Shown here piece by piece: positions 8,739 to 19,066 of a stretch of DNA of 64,000 nucleotides; within the stretch, counting starts at the first letter, position 1; each line of letters starts with the position of its first letter. Source of the stretch: an uncultured cyanobacterium (GTDB lineage Bacteria > Cyanobacteriota > Cyanobacteriia > PCC-6307 > Cyanobiaceae); contig CAVONQ010000003.1 of NCBI GenBank assembly GCA_963697335.1, positions 1 through 64,000 on the forward strand. The letters are read 5' to 3'. A program made the position numbers and the translations under genes. The notes beneath the pieces were generated by a model. It was not told the DNA's origin and ran no database searches. It saw only the letters and a list, made by a program, of their open reading frames with translations.

Positions 8739-9860
8739 ATGGACAGCGGCGATACGGGTGAGCGACATGGCGGCAACCTGACCGCTGCCGCCGCCCGCCT
8801 GGGCCAGCCCGCCGGCCGGCTGCTCGATGCCAGCGCCTCCCTGGTGCCCTTCGGGCCACCCTGGGCTCTGCGCCGTGCCCTGCTGCGGGCGGGGCTGGGG
8901 TCGGCCGTGCGGGTGTACCCCGACCGCGGCTGGGAGAGGCTACGGGGGCAGCTGGCGGCGCTGCATGGGCTGGAGCCAGCCCAGGTGCTGCCGGGCAATG
9001 GAGCCGCTGAACTGTTCACCTGGGCGGGCCGCGACGCCGCCGCAGCGGGGCTCAGCCTGGTGCCCCAGCCTGGCTTCGCCGACTACAGCCGGGCCCTGGC
9101 CTGCTGGGGCGGCAGGATGCAGAGGCTGCCCCTGCCGCTGTCCTGGCCCGAGGCCTTCCCCCAGCCCTTCCCGGCCCTCCCCGACAGCCCCAGCCCGGCG
9201 GAGGAGCCCCAGGTGTTGTGGATCTGCAATCCCCACAACCCCACCGGCCAGCTGTGGAGCCGCCACTCCCTCGAACCGCTGCTGGAGCGCCACCGCCTGG
9301 TGGTGTGCGACGAGGCCTTCCTGCCCCTGGTACCAGGCGGTGAGGGCCAGTCGCTGCTGCCCCTGCTGCAGCGTCATCCCAATCTGGTGGTGGTGCGCAG
9401 CCTCACCAAGCTGCTGGCCTGCGCCGGCCTGCGCATCGGCTATGCCCTCGGCAGCGCCGAACGGCTGCGGCGCTGGGCCGCCTGGCGCGATCCCTGGCCC
9501 GTCAACGGCCTGGCCCTGGCGGCGGTGGAGCAGCTGCTGGCCGATCCGAGGGCCCTGGCGGGTTGGACCCGGCGGGTGCATGGCTGGGTTGCCCAGGAGC
9601 AGCCCTGGCTGCGGCGGCAGCTCGGACGCTGGAGCCAGTTCACGGCCATGCCCTCGGCGGCCAACTTCCTGCTGCTGCGCGGCAGCGGCCCGCTGGTGGA
9701 ACTGCGCCAGGCACTGGAGCGCCGCCACGGCATCCTGCTGCGCGACTGCCGATCGTTCGAGGGCCTGGGAGCCAGCTGGCTGCGCCTCGGCCTGCAGGAC
9801 CGCCGCGGCCACCGGCGGCTGTTGGCAGCGCTGGCCCAGGAGCTTCCCCCCTGCGACTGA
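8739..9860 (+). CDS. cobD: L-threonine-O-3-phosphate decarboxylase (cobalamin synthesis, PLP class I/II)
   Basis: HGGN, DASAS, GNGAAE, NPHNPTG, DEAF, RSLTK..GLRIGY, ANFLL, RDCRSF. Confidence 0.85.
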   Translation: MDSGDTGERHGGNLTAAAARLGQPAGRLLDASASLVPFGPPWALRRALLRAGLGSAVRVYPDRGWERLRGQLAALHGLEPAQVLPGNGAAELFTWAGRDAAAAGLSLVPQPGFADYSRALACWGGRMQRLPLPLSWPEAFPQPFPALPDSPSPAEEPQVLWICNPHNPTGQLWSRHSLEPLLERHRLVVCDEAFLPLVPGGEGQSLLPLLQRHPNLVVVRSLTKLLACAGLRIGYALGSAERLRRWAAWRDPWPVNGLALAAVEQLLADPRALAGWTRRVHGWVAQEQPWLRRQLGRWSQFTAMPSAANFLLLRGSGPLVELRQALERRHGILLRDCRSFEGLGASWLRLGLQDRRGHRRLLAALAQELPPCD

Positions 9861-10961
9861 TCAGGAGCGGGATCGGGGCCGTCTGGCGGCCACCAGGTCT
9901 TGCAGCAGGCTGGCTAGCTGCTGATCGGCATCCGGGGTGTCCAGCCGGGCCATCCCCTGGGCCATGGCCTCCAGCGGATCGGCCTGGGGCGGCACCCGGC
10001 GCAGGCGCGGGCCCAGCAGCCGCCACACGGCACGCTCCAGGGTGGGCAGCTCAGGGGCGTGCTGCTGCACGATCACGGCGGCCGCCAGGCTCGCGGCCGC
10101 CTCGGCATTGGCATCCTGGTGCCGGTCGGCCGCGCTGGGATAGGGCACCAAAATGGCAGGGGTGCCACAGGCGGCCAGCTCGCTGAGGGCTCCAGCCCCG
10201 GAGCGGCTGATGGCCAGGGACGTGGCCTCCAGCAGCCCCGCCATCTCATCACTGAAGGGCCGCTCCACGACGCCGGGGGGCAGGGGGGCGCCGGCCTCCG
10301 GGTCGCTGCTGCCGGTGAGGTGCACCACCCTCACCCCCGCGGCACAGAGCCGGGGCAGCAGCGGCCGCACCATCCGATTCAGGCCCAGGGCTCCCTGGCT
10401 GCCACCCATCACCAGCAGCAGCGGCCCCCCGCCAGGGGGCAGCCAGGACGGGGGGACCGCCGGCGCGCGGAATTCCGGCCTCACCGGGGTGCCCGTCACC
10501 AGCACCTGGCAGCCCGGCAGCTGCGCCACGGCCTGGGGCAGCCCCACCGCCAACCGGGTGCAGAACCGTCCCAGCAGCCGCGTCACCCGCCCCGGCACGG
10601 CGTTGCTGTCGTGCAGCACCACGGGCACACCACACCAGCGGGCCGCCAGGATCGCCGGCGCAGCGATGTAGCCGCCGCTGCTGAACACCGCGTCGATCTG
10701 CTCGCGGCGGAGCAGCCGCCGCACGCTGCCGATGGCCACCAGCAGCCGCAGCAGGTTGAGCAGCTTGCGCAGGCCGCGGCCCTGCAGCCCCCCCGCCTTC
10801 ACCGTGTGCAGGGGATAGCGCCGCGGCACCAGCTCCCGCTCGAGCCGGTCGGGCACCCCCAGCCAGCGCACGTCCCAGCCCGGGGGGAGGGCTTCAGCCA
10901 CAGCCAGGGCAGGGAACAGATGTCCCCCGGTGCCACTGGCCGCGATCAGGAGCCTGGGCAT
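9861..10961 (-). CDS. murG: Undecaprenyl-PP-MurNAc-pentapeptide GlcNAc transferase
   Basis: [38 protein letters not shown]. Confidence 0.95.
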   Translation of the reverse strand: MPRLLIAASGTGGHLFPALAVAEALPPGWDVRWLGVPDRLERELVPRRYPLHTVKAGGLQGRGLRKLLNLLRLLVAIGSVRRLLRREQIDAVFSSGGYIAAPAILAARWCGVPVVLHDSNAVPGRVTRLLGRFCTRLAVGLPQAVAQLPGCQVLVTGTPVRPEFRAPAVPPSWLPPGGGPLLLVMGGSQGALGLNRMVRPLLPRLCAAGVRVVHLTGSSDPEAGAPLPPGVVERPFSDEMAGLLEATSLAISRSGAGALSELAACGTPAILVPYPSAADRHQDANAEAAASLAAAVIVQQHAPELPTLERAVWRLLGPRLRRVPPQADPLEAMAQGMARLDTPDADQQLASLLQDLVAARRPRSRS

Positions 10962-11010
10962 GGACGTTGCCGCCAACGGCGCCTAACTTAAAAGCCGTCC
11001 CAGCAGCTGC

Positions 11011-11784
11011 ATGCGCCACCCCCGGCACCGTTCCCTGCGCTCCACGCTGCTGAGCGCGGCCATCCTGCTGCCCCTGCTCGGCCTGGAGGCTCCCCTTGCC
11101 CTGCCGGCCCGCGCCGCCGACCCCATCCCGACCCAGCTCCAGAGCCTGCAGGCGGCCCTCAATGGCCAGGGAGATCTCGAAGCCCTGCTCAAGGTGGGGC
11201 CGGGCCTGGACCCCGCCGACGTGGTGCGCCGCCGCAACACCCTACTGAGCAAGTTCCCCGATGCCCGCTGGACCCTCACGCCGGGCGCGGCCCTGCGCGA
11301 CGGCCGCGCCACGGTAAAGCTGCAGGTGAGCGGCAGCCGCACCGAAGGGCCCACCACCTACCGCCTCGAGGCGGAGCAACGGCTCGCGCTCGAAAGTGAC
11401 GGCCGCCGCATCACCGGCCAGACGGTGATCAACGAACAATCCGTGCTGCGCAGTGGTGATGACCCCCTGCCCGTGAGCCTGCTGATCCCCGATGCTGTGC
11501 TCACGGGTCAGCGCTACGACGTGGACGTGATCTTTGACGACCCCCTGGATGGGGCGATTGCCGCCGGCGGCATCGTGGCCCTCAGCCCCCAGGAGGTGGC
11601 CACCCAGGACAGCCCCACCCTGCAACTCGGGGCCCTCGGCGGCGGCGGCCTGTTCAAGACGGTGCAAGCCCCCTACACGCCGGGGGAGCAGACCTGGGCC
11701 GTGCTGATGGTGCACCCCAAGGGGATTGTGAGCGCCACCAAGCGGGTGCGCGTGGTGGCCGATCGGGCCCAGCTCACCCTCTGA
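11011..11784 (+). CDS. Conserved cyanobacterial exported hypothetical protein (NTF2-like N-terminus)
   Basis: Signal peptide; GQRYDVDVIFDDPL and LGGGGLFKTVQAP resemble conserved cyanobacterial proteins; host-like codon usage. Confidence 0.7.
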   Translation: MRHPRHRSLRSTLLSAAILLPLLGLEAPLALPARAADPIPTQLQSLQAALNGQGDLEALLKVGPGLDPADVVRRRNTLLSKFPDARWTLTPGAALRDGRATVKLQVSGSRTEGPTTYRLEAEQRLALESDGRRITGQTVINEQSVLRSGDDPLPVSLLIPDAVLTGQRYDVDVIFDDPLDGAIAAGGIVALSPQEVATQDSPTLQLGALGGGGLFKTVQAPYTPGEQTWAVLMVHPKGIVSATKRVRVVADRAQLTL

Positions 11785-11793
11785 ACCCCCGGC

Positions 11794-12699
11794 TCACTCG
11801 CTGAACCAACGAGCCAGGGCTGAGACGTCATCATCGCCGTGGCCCCGGGCCATCAGGGCGTCCTCGATGGCGGCCACCCGCTCGGTCAGGGGCAGGGAGA
11901 GATCCACACCAGCGGCAGCCTCCAGGGCGATGGCGAGATCCTTGCGGTGCAGGGCCAGGCGAAAGCCCAGGGGGTAATGGTCCTCCAGCATCTGGGCGGC
12001 CCGGTGGTCCAGGGCCCAGGACCCCGCCGCCCCCAGCTTCAGGGCCTCGACCACCTGGGGCATGGGCAGCCCCAGGCGACTGCCCAAGGCCATGGCCTCG
12101 GCGACGGCCCCATAGCTGCCCGCCACCAGCACCTGGTTGACGGCCTTGGCCTGCTGACCCGCCCCCACCGGCCCGAAGTGGCTGATGCACTGACCCACCA
12201 CCTCCAGCAGGGGCCTGGCCCGGGCCAGATCCTGCGGCGCCGCCCCCACCAGCACCGAGAGTGTTCCGGCAGCGGCCCCCTCGGTGCCCCCGGTCACGGG
12301 GGCATCCAGGTAGGCCACGCCATGGCCGGCCAACCGCTCCGCCAGCTGGCGGCTGGTGGCCGGCGCGATCGTCGAGAAGTCGATCACCAGGGATCCGGGG
12401 CGCAGACCCTCGATCGCCCCGGCGGGGCCCAGCAGCACCGCCTCCACAGCCGGCCCATCGCTCACGCAGAGGCAGAGCAGCTCCGCGTCCGCCGCCGCCG
12501 CCGCCGGGCTGGAAGCCGAACGGGCCCCGGCGGCCACCAGGGGTTCCTCCCTGGCGCGGCAGCGGTTGTGGACCAGCACGGGGTAGCCGGCGGCCAGCAG
12601 GTTGGTGGCCATGGGGGCACCGAGGGCTCCCAGCCCCAGGAAGGCCACGCTGGGACGCGTGGGCAACTGGTGGGCCGGGTCAGGCAACGATCGGGTCAT
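11794..12699 (-). CDS. NAD(P)-dependent 3-hydroxyisobutyrate/2-hydroxy-3-oxopropionate reductase family protein
   Basis: FLGLGALG, DFSTI, LDAPVTGG, GAGQQAKAVNQ, F.LALHRKDL. Confidence 0.88.
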   Translation of the reverse strand: MTRSLPDPAHQLPTRPSVAFLGLGALGAPMATNLLAAGYPVLVHNRCRAREEPLVAAGARSASSPAAAAADAELLCLCVSDGPAVEAVLLGPAGAIEGLRPGSLVIDFSTIAPATSRQLAERLAGHGVAYLDAPVTGGTEGAAAGTLSVLVGAAPQDLARARPLLEVVGQCISHFGPVGAGQQAKAVNQVLVAGSYGAVAEAMALGSRLGLPMPQVVEALKLGAAGSWALDHRAAQMLEDHYPLGFRLALHRKDLAIALEAAAGVDLSLPLTERVAAIEDALMARGHGDDDVSALARWFSE

Positions 12700-12760
12700 C
12701 GAGAGCGCGGCCTCGGTTGCGAGCAGGCGCGGGATTGGCGTCGGGCAGCCCCGCCTGACC

Positions 12761-13966
12761 TCAGGCCTCGTCGAGGGCGGCCACGCCCGGCAGCACCTTG
12801 CCCTCCAGCAGCTCCAGGCTGGCGCCACCGCCGGTGGAGATGTGGCTCATCTTGTCGGCCACGCCCACCTTCTCCACGGCGGCCACGGAGTCACCGCCGC
12901 CGATGATCGTGCAGCAGCCCTTGGCGCTGAGGTCCGCCAGGGTGTGGGCGATGCCGTTGGTGCCGGCGGCGAACTGGTCGAACTCGAACACGCCCATGGG
13001 GCCGTTCCAGATCACGGTCTTGCAGTCGGCCAGGGCCGCCTGGAAGGCCTTGAGGGCGTCGGGACCGATGTCGAGGCCCATCCAGCCGTCGGGAATGGCG
13101 TCGATCGGGGTGGTCTGGCTATTGGCGTCGGGGGCGAAGGCATCGGCCAGCACCACATCGGTGGGCAGCAGCAGCTGCACGCCCTTCGCAGCCGCCTTGG
13201 CCTCCAGCTCCCTGGCGAGTTCGAGTTTGTCCTCCTCCACCAGGCTCTTGCCCACCGCCAGGCCCCGGGCCTTGTAAAAAGTGAAGATCATGCCGCCGCC
13301 GATCAGCACCTTGTCGCACTTGTCGATCAGGGCCTCAAGCACGCCGATCTTGCTGCTCACCTTGGAGCCGCCCACAATCGCCGCCAGGGGGCGCTTGGGC
13401 TCGTCGATGGCGCCCTGCAGGTACTGCAGCTCCTTCTCCATGAGGTAGCCGGCCACGCTGGGGCTCAGGGCCTTGGTGACCCCCTCGGTGGAGGCGTGGG
13501 CGCGGTGGGCGGCGCCGAAGGCGTCGTTCACATAGACATCAGCCAGGGCGGCGAGCTGGGCGGCGAAGCCAGGATCATTCTTTTCTTCCTCCGCGAAGAA
13601 GCGCACGTTCTCCAGCAGCACCACGTCGCCATCGGCCATGGCGGCGACCTTGGCCTCGGCATCGGGGCCGATGCAGCTCTCGGTTTTCAGCACCGGCTTG
13701 CCCAGCAGCTCGGCGAGGCGCGCCGCCACCGGGGTGAGGCGCATGGCCTCGTTCACCTGGCCCTTGGGCCGACCGAAGTGGGCCGCCAGGATCACCTTGG
13801 CGCCCTTGCCGGTGAGGTCGTTGATCGTGGGCAGGGCGGCGCGGATGCGGGTGTCGTCGGTGATGGCGCCGGCGTCATCGAGCGGTACGTTGAAGTCGAC
13901 CCGCACCAGCACGCGCTTGCCACGCAGGTCGTCAGCGGAGAGGCTGGCCAGGGATCGCTTCGCCAT
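12761..13966 (-). CDS. pgk: Phosphoglycerate kinase
   Basis: [59 protein letters not shown]. Confidence 0.99.
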   Translation of the reverse strand: MAKRSLASLSADDLRGKRVLVRVDFNVPLDDAGAITDDTRIRAALPTINDLTGKGAKVILAAHFGRPKGQVNEAMRLTPVAARLAELLGKPVLKTESCIGPDAEAKVAAMADGDVVLLENVRFFAEEEKNDPGFAAQLAALADVYVNDAFGAAHRAHASTEGVTKALSPSVAGYLMEKELQYLQGAIDEPKRPLAAIVGGSKVSSKIGVLEALIDKCDKVLIGGGMIFTFYKARGLAVGKSLVEEDKLELARELEAKAAAKGVQLLLPTDVVLADAFAPDANSQTTPIDAIPDGWMGLDIGPDALKAFQAALADCKTVIWNGPMGVFEFDQFAAGTNGIAHTLADLSAKGCCTIIGGGDSVAAVEKVGVADKMSHISTGGGASLELLEGKVLPGVAALDEA

Positions 13967-14117
13967 GGAGTGCGCGGGTAGGGGTAGGGACAAACGGGCG
14001 GGAGCTTAGCTCCCAGCCTCCTCTACCACCTGGACAGCCGATCTGACCAGCCGCTGGGTGTCTGGATGGCCGCCGGGGGCGCCGCGCTCCAGACTGCCAT
14101 CACTGGGGCCTAGCACC

Positions 14118-14489
14118 ATGTTCGACACCGTTCTCTTCCCGATCGATCGCAGCCGCCAGGCCCTCGACACCGCCGCCGTGGCCCTGCAGCTGGTCCAGCA
14201 GCACAGCAGCCGCCTGGTGCTGCTCTCCGTGGTGGAGCCCGACGACGACCCCGCCGCCGTGGCAGCCCTGCTGCAGGAGGCCCGCCAGAGCTTTGAGCAG
14301 AAGGGGGTGGCCTGTGAGCTGGTGGAGCGGGAGGGCAAGCCCGCCTTCGTGATCGGCGATGTGGCCGATGAGATCAATGCCGACGTGATCGTGATGGGCA
14401 CCCGCGGCATCGCGATCGAGAGCGATCAACAGAGCACCGCGGCCCGGGTGATCCAGCTGGCGCCGTGTCCGGTGCTGGTGGTGCCCTGA
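14118..14489 (+). CDS. Universal stress protein
   Basis: MFDTVLFPID...DVIVMGTRG...APCPVLVVP. Confidence 0.92.
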   Translation: MFDTVLFPIDRSRQALDTAAVALQLVQQHSSRLVLLSVVEPDDDPAAVAALLQEARQSFEQKGVACELVEREGKPAFVIGDVADEINADVIVMGTRGIAIESDQQSTAARVIQLAPCPVLVVP

Positions 14490-15403
14490 TGCCGCCCCAG
14501 ACCATCCAGCTCAGCGTCAACGCGCCGGCGATCCAGTGGTACCCGGGCCACATCGCCAAGGCGGAGAAGGCCCTGGCCGAGGCCCTCGCCAAGGTGGACC
14601 TGGTGATCGAAGTGCGCGATGCCCGCATTCCCCTGGCCACGGGCCATCCCCGTCTGCAGCGCTGGATCGGCAGCAAGCACCACCTACTGGCCCTTAACCG
14701 GGTGGACATGATCCCGAGGGCGGCCCGGGACGAGTGGAGCGCCTGGTTCAAGCGGCAGGGCCAGGTGGTGTGGTGGTGTGACGCCAGGGTGGGCACCGGC
14801 GTGAAGCAGCTGCAGCAGGCCGCGATCCGAGCCGGCGCCGCCCTCAACGCCCGCCGGCTGGGTCGGGGCATGCGCCCCCGGCCGGTGCGGGCGCTGATGC
14901 TGGGCTTCCCCAATGTGGGCAAGTCGGCTCTGATCAACCGGCTGGTGCGCCAGAAGGTGGTGGACAGTGCCCGCCGGGCCGGCGTCACCCGCAGCCTGCG
15001 CTGGGTGCGGCTGGGCCAGGACCTCGACCTGCTCGATGCGCCCGGCGTGCTGCCGCCCCGGCTGGATGACCAGCAGGTGGCCCTGCGGTTGGCCCTCTGC
15101 GACGACATCGGCCAGGCGGCCTATGACAACGAGGGAGCGGCCCTGGCCTTCCTGCAGTTGCTGGTGCTGCTGCAGGCGGTGCCGGCCGCCGGCGTGCCGA
15201 AGGATCTGCTCCTGAGCCGCTACGGCCTGGCCCAGACCGACCTGCCCGGCGGGGGCCCCGATGTGGAGGGCTGGCTGCAGGCCGCCGCCGGGCGGCACAC
15301 CAGCGGCGACAGCCTGCGCATGGCCACCAAGCTGCTGGATGACTTCCGCTGCTCCCGGCTCGGGGCCCTGGCCCTGGAGCTGCCGGCGGCCCCGCTGGCA
15401 TGA
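14489..15403 (+). CDS. ylqF: Ribosome biogenesis GTPase YlqF/RbgA
   Basis: IQWYPGHIAKA, EVRDARIP, GFPNVGKS, DAPGVL. Confidence 0.95.
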   Translation: MPPQTIQLSVNAPAIQWYPGHIAKAEKALAEALAKVDLVIEVRDARIPLATGHPRLQRWIGSKHHLLALNRVDMIPRAARDEWSAWFKRQGQVVWWCDARVGTGVKQLQQAAIRAGAALNARRLGRGMRPRPVRALMLGFPNVGKSALINRLVRQKVVDSARRAGVTRSLRWVRLGQDLDLLDAPGVLPPRLDDQQVALRLALCDDIGQAAYDNEGAALAFLQLLVLLQAVPAAGVPKDLLLSRYGLAQTDLPGGGPDVEGWLQAAAGRHTSGDSLRMATKLLDDFRCSRLGALALELPAAPLA

Positions 15404-15458
15404 GCGCAGAGCCGATGAGCGCAGACCCCATCAAGCCAGAGCAGGGGAGGCGTTGCTG

Positions 15459-16409
15459 ATGGCCGCGTTCGGCGAGGGGGAGGGCGAGCTGCTGACGCTC
15501 TCCTATCCGAAGCCGCTGCCGATGCGGCTGGATCGCTGGCTGGTGGCCCAGCGGCCGGAGCAGAGCCGGGCCCGGATCCAGAAGTTCATCGAAGCGGGCT
15601 ACGTGCGGGTGAATGGGGTCACCGGACGGGCCAAGACCCCCCTGCGGCCAGGGGACCGGGTGGAGCTGTGGATGCCGCCACCGGAGCCGCTGCCCTACCT
15701 GATGGCCCAGGAGATGCCCCTCGATGTGCTCTACGAGGATGCCCATCTGATCGTGCTCAACAAGCCGGCCGGCCTCACGGTGCATCCGGCGCCGGGCAAC
15801 AGGGACGGCACCCTGGTGAACGGCCTGCTGCACCACTGCCCCGACCTGCCCGGCATCGGCGGCGAACTGCGGCCCGGCATCGTGCACCGGCTCGACAAGG
15901 ACACCACCGGCTGCATCGTGGTGGCCAAGAGCCAGGAGGCCCTGGTGAAGCTGCAGGTGCAGATCCAGAGGCGCATCGCCTCGCGCCACTACCTGGGCGT
16001 GGTGCACGGCCAACCCCGCGCCGACCACGGCACCGTGATCGGCGCGATCGGCCGCCATCCCGTGGATCGCAAGAAGTACGCCGTGGTGAGCGACGCCAGT
16101 GGACGGCACGCCTGCACCCACTGGTCTGTGCAGGAGCGGCTGGGGGATTTCGCGCTACTGCGCTTTCAGCTGGACACTGGCCGCACCCATCAGATCCGGG
16201 TGCATGCCGCCCACATCGGCCATCCGATCGTGGGCGACCCCGCCTACTCCCGCTGCCGGCGCCTGCCCGTGGCCCTGCCGGGGCAGGCCCTGCACGCCGT
16301 GCAGCTGAGCCTGGATCACCCGATCAGCCAGGAGCGCCTGGTGTGCGAGGCGCCCCTGCCGCCGGCGTTTGAGCGGCTGCTGGAGCAACTGCGGGGCCGG
16401 CTGCGCTGA
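15459..16409 (+). CDS. RluA/RluD-family pseudouridine synthase
   Basis: S4 domain, NKPAGLTVHP, HRLDKDTTG, TGRTHQIRVH, PIVGDPAY. Confidence 0.95.
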   Translation: MAAFGEGEGELLTLSYPKPLPMRLDRWLVAQRPEQSRARIQKFIEAGYVRVNGVTGRAKTPLRPGDRVELWMPPPEPLPYLMAQEMPLDVLYEDAHLIVLNKPAGLTVHPAPGNRDGTLVNGLLHHCPDLPGIGGELRPGIVHRLDKDTTGCIVVAKSQEALVKLQVQIQRRIASRHYLGVVHGQPRADHGTVIGAIGRHPVDRKKYAVVSDASGRHACTHWSVQERLGDFALLRFQLDTGRTHQIRVHAAHIGHPIVGDPAYSRCRRLPVALPGQALHAVQLSLDHPISQERLVCEAPLPPAFERLLEQLRGRLR

Positions 16410-16449
16410 AGACCTTCCGTTCCAGCCTCAAAGGGTGCCCCGCCGGTAT

Positions 16450-17259
16450 TTAGAGCGTCCCCACCAGCATGTCGTCGAAGTGGGTGGTGAAGGCACCGGC
16501 GCTGGGCTCGTTGCGCTTGTAGATCCCGAATTTGAAGCGGTAGTAGGGGGTGGGGCCGCGGTTGGGGATCGGCTGCACATTGGGGGTTCCTGCCGAACCC
16601 ATCCAGCTGCCGATCTGATTGCCATCGGCGGCCACGCTCATGCTGCTGTTGCCGCCGGGGAGAAAGCGGAAGCGGATCTGAAAGTTGTGCCATTGCCCCG
16701 GCACAAAGCTGAAGCGGGCCACCTTGTTGAGCTGGCGGGAGCCGCCATTCACACTCTTCGTGATGAAATCCACCTCATGGGATTCCCCCCGTCGCATGCG
16801 GATGCCCGCGAACGGGTTCCTACCCCCCAGCTGCCAGAGCTGCATCAGGTAGAAGGAGTTATTGGACACCCCACTGCCCTCGGGAATCCGCAGCCGGAAG
16901 TCTGCTTGTAGGGTGCGACCAGCCTTGTAGTAGCCCTGCTGGCTGAGCTCGGCGCGGTCCTTCACACCGCTGCCTTGGCCGCTGACATTGAAACTCAGGA
17001 AGCGGTTGCTGCCCTCCTGAGCAATGCTCACCGGGGAGAAGGCGCCTTGGTATTTACCAAGCAGATCAGGGGAACCCGCTTCGATGTAGTTGCCCCCGCT
17101 GCCAAGCCGGGCGCTGGGGCCAGGAGGGATCTTTCCAGCAGTGGGGTGACGGTTGAGAATTTCACCGTCACCAGTCAGGCGGATAGTGGTGGCTTTTTGG
17201 ACTCGGGCTCTACTGAGCACCCGGCGCCTGGAAGTCTTTCTGCGATTCTGAATGCGCAT
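16450..17259 (-). CDS. Putative polysaccharide-lyase-like beta-jelly-roll protein (heparin lyase I/PL-type)
   Basis: DRAELS, F.LMQLWQ, GQWHNF, FKFGIYK and terminal FDD resemble this fold family. Lower GC than its neighbours. Confidence 0.6.
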   Translation of the reverse strand: MRIQNRRKTSRRRVLSRARVQKATTIRLTGDGEILNRHPTAGKIPPGPSARLGSGGNYIEAGSPDLLGKYQGAFSPVSIAQEGSNRFLSFNVSGQGSGVKDRAELSQQGYYKAGRTLQADFRLRIPEGSGVSNNSFYLMQLWQLGGRNPFAGIRMRRGESHEVDFITKSVNGGSRQLNKVARFSFVPGQWHNFQIRFRFLPGGNSSMSVAADGNQIGSWMGSAGTPNVQPIPNRGPTPYYRFKFGIYKRNEPSAGAFTTHFDDMLVGTL

Positions 17260-17292
17260 ACGAAGATGCTCACACTTGGCGAACAAAAGAAG

Positions 17293-17334
17293 AGCTTAGT
17301 CCTTTAATGCAGACTATTTTGTAAATAGTAACAC
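17293..17334 (-). promoter_or_regulatory. NtcA-type class II promoter (GTG-N8-TAC-N22-TAAGCT)
   Basis: Minus strand reads tGTG-TTACTATT-TACa (17334-17321), exactly 22 nt, then TAAGCT (17298-17293), upstream of ATG 17259. Confidence 0.65.
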
Positions 17335-17380
17335 AATTTAGTCGCCGGATAGCCCCTGGACTGTTGACATTAGAATCCAC

Positions 17381-18982
17381 TCACACGGGCTGGGGCAGCC
17401 GCGGACAGGCCTCCACCAAGGTGCGGGTGATGGCGGCTTGGGGATGGCGCAATAGCTCGGCCCCCGGGCCCTGCTCCACGATCCTGCCGCCCTCCAGCAC
17501 GATCACGCGATGGCAGAAGCCGCCGGCCACAGAGAGGTCGTGGGTCACGAACAGCATGCCCAGCCCGAGACGCTGCTGCAGATCCCGCAGCAGGGCCAGC
17601 ACATCGGCCTGCACCTCCGCATCGAGCATGCTCACGCTCTCGTCGCAGAGCAGCACCTTGGGCTCCAGGATCAGGGCCCGGGCGATGGCCACCCGCTGCT
17701 GCTGACCGCCGGAGAGCTGGCGCGGCAGCCGCTGCTCGAACGCCTCAGGCGGGCTCAGGCCCACCGCCGCCAGCAGTTCCCGGGCCCGCTGCCGGGCCGC
17801 GGGCCGGCTGGCCAGGCCGTGGATGCGCAGGGGGTCGGCCACGGCGTCAGCCACGGTCATCTGGGGATTGAGGCAGGCCAGGGGGTCCTGGAACACCATC
17901 TGCAGGCCACGGCGGGCCTGCCGCAGCGACTCGCCGCGCAGCTGCCGCAGGTCGATGCCATCCAGGCGCACCGCCCCTCCCCGCACAGCCGTGAGACCCA
18001 TCAGGGCGCGGCAGAGGGTGCTTTTGCCACAGCCTGAGGCCCCCACGATCCCCACGGTTTCGCCGCGGCCCACCTCCAGGCTCACCCCATCGACGGCCTT
18101 CAGCCAGCGGGGCCGCCAGGGAGCTGAAGGCAACGGATGCCAGCAGCGCAGCGCCTCGATCTCCAGCAGCCGCTGCCGCTCACCCGGTGGACGGGCGCCC
18201 GCCGCCTCCCGCTCGCGGGCCCGGGCCACCAGCCGTTGGCTCAGCGGCGCCTGCGGCTCCAGCAGCAGCTGCCGCGCCGGGGCCTGCTCGATCAGGCGGC
18301 CCTGGTCGAGCACCGCAATCTGGTCGCACCAGCGCCCGGCCATGGCCAGGTCGTGGCTGATCAGCAGCAGGGCGCTGCCGGCCTCGCGGCAGAGCTGGGT
18401 GAGCTCCGCCATCACCTGGCCAGCCACGGCCACATCAAGGCTGGTGGTGGGTTCATCGGCGATCACCAAGGGCGGCCTCAGGGCCATGGCCAGGGCAATG
18501 GCCAGCCGCTGGCGCATACCGCCACTGAAGGCATGGGGATAGTTGTCAAAGCGCTCCGCGCTGATGCCCACCCGCTGCAGCAGGTCCTCGGCCCGCTCCC
18601 GCAGGGCACGCCGCCGCCAGCCGGGGCGATGGGCCGCCAGGGTGTCGGTGAGGTGATCCCCCACCGTCAGCAGCGGATTGAGACGGGTCATCGGGTCCTG
18701 GAACACCAGGCCCACGGCCTCGCCGCGCAGGCGCCGCAGGGCGGCCCGGCCCAGCTGGCGCGGATCCTGGCCACCGAGGCTGAGACTGCCGCTGCACTGG
18801 CTGCCCTCGGGCAGCAGCTGCAGGGCCGCCCGGGCCACGGTGCTCTTGCCGCAGCCGGAGGGGCCCACCAGGGCGAGGGTCTCACCGGGATGCAACTCCA
18901 GCTCCAGGCCGTCGAGGGTGGGGCTCGGCGCACCCGGATAGCGAACCACCAGGTCCTTGGCGCACAACACGGGCTCAGTCAT
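17381..18982 (-). CDS. Dipeptide/oligopeptide ABC transporter ATP-binding protein (fused double NBD)
   Basis: Two Walker A motifs (GPSGCGKS, GASGCGKS), FQDP, FSGGMRQR/LSGGQQQR, ADEPTT. Confidence 0.93.
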   Translation of the reverse strand: MTEPVLCAKDLVVRYPGAPSPTLDGLELELHPGETLALVGPSGCGKSTVARAALQLLPEGSQCSGSLSLGGQDPRQLGRAALRRLRGEAVGLVFQDPMTRLNPLLTVGDHLTDTLAAHRPGWRRRALRERAEDLLQRVGISAERFDNYPHAFSGGMRQRLAIALAMALRPPLVIADEPTTSLDVAVAGQVMAELTQLCREAGSALLLISHDLAMAGRWCDQIAVLDQGRLIEQAPARQLLLEPQAPLSQRLVARAREREAAGARPPGERQRLLEIEALRCWHPLPSAPWRPRWLKAVDGVSLEVGRGETVGIVGASGCGKSTLCRALMGLTAVRGGAVRLDGIDLRQLRGESLRQARRGLQMVFQDPLACLNPQMTVADAVADPLRIHGLASRPAARQRARELLAAVGLSPPEAFEQRLPRQLSGGQQQRVAIARALILEPKVLLCDESVSMLDAEVQADVLALLRDLQQRLGLGMLFVTHDLSVAGGFCHRVIVLEGGRIVEQGPGAELLRHPQAAITRTLVEACPRLPQPV

Positions 18983-19066
18983 GGCCCCCAGCTTGGATCC
19001 GCTGATGACGACAGTGCTCCCGATCGGGCCGCGCCTGCATACGATTGGTGCAGTCCGCAAGGTTGC

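Noticed and set aside
5897..8761. Very long overlapping or antisense ORFs (e.g. 5897-8761 +, 43803-45860 +, 47480-49543 +, and the 5' extensions of 18137-21556 and 30761-33895)
   Set aside because: Shadow ORFs opposite well-supported genes. Stop codons are scarce at this GC content and the translations show no family motifs.
15400..15429. 15-bp tandem duplication ATGAGCGCAGAGCCG/ATGAGCGCAGACCCC between ylqF and the RluA gene
   Set aside because: Only two copies. Likely a slippage duplication with no evident function.
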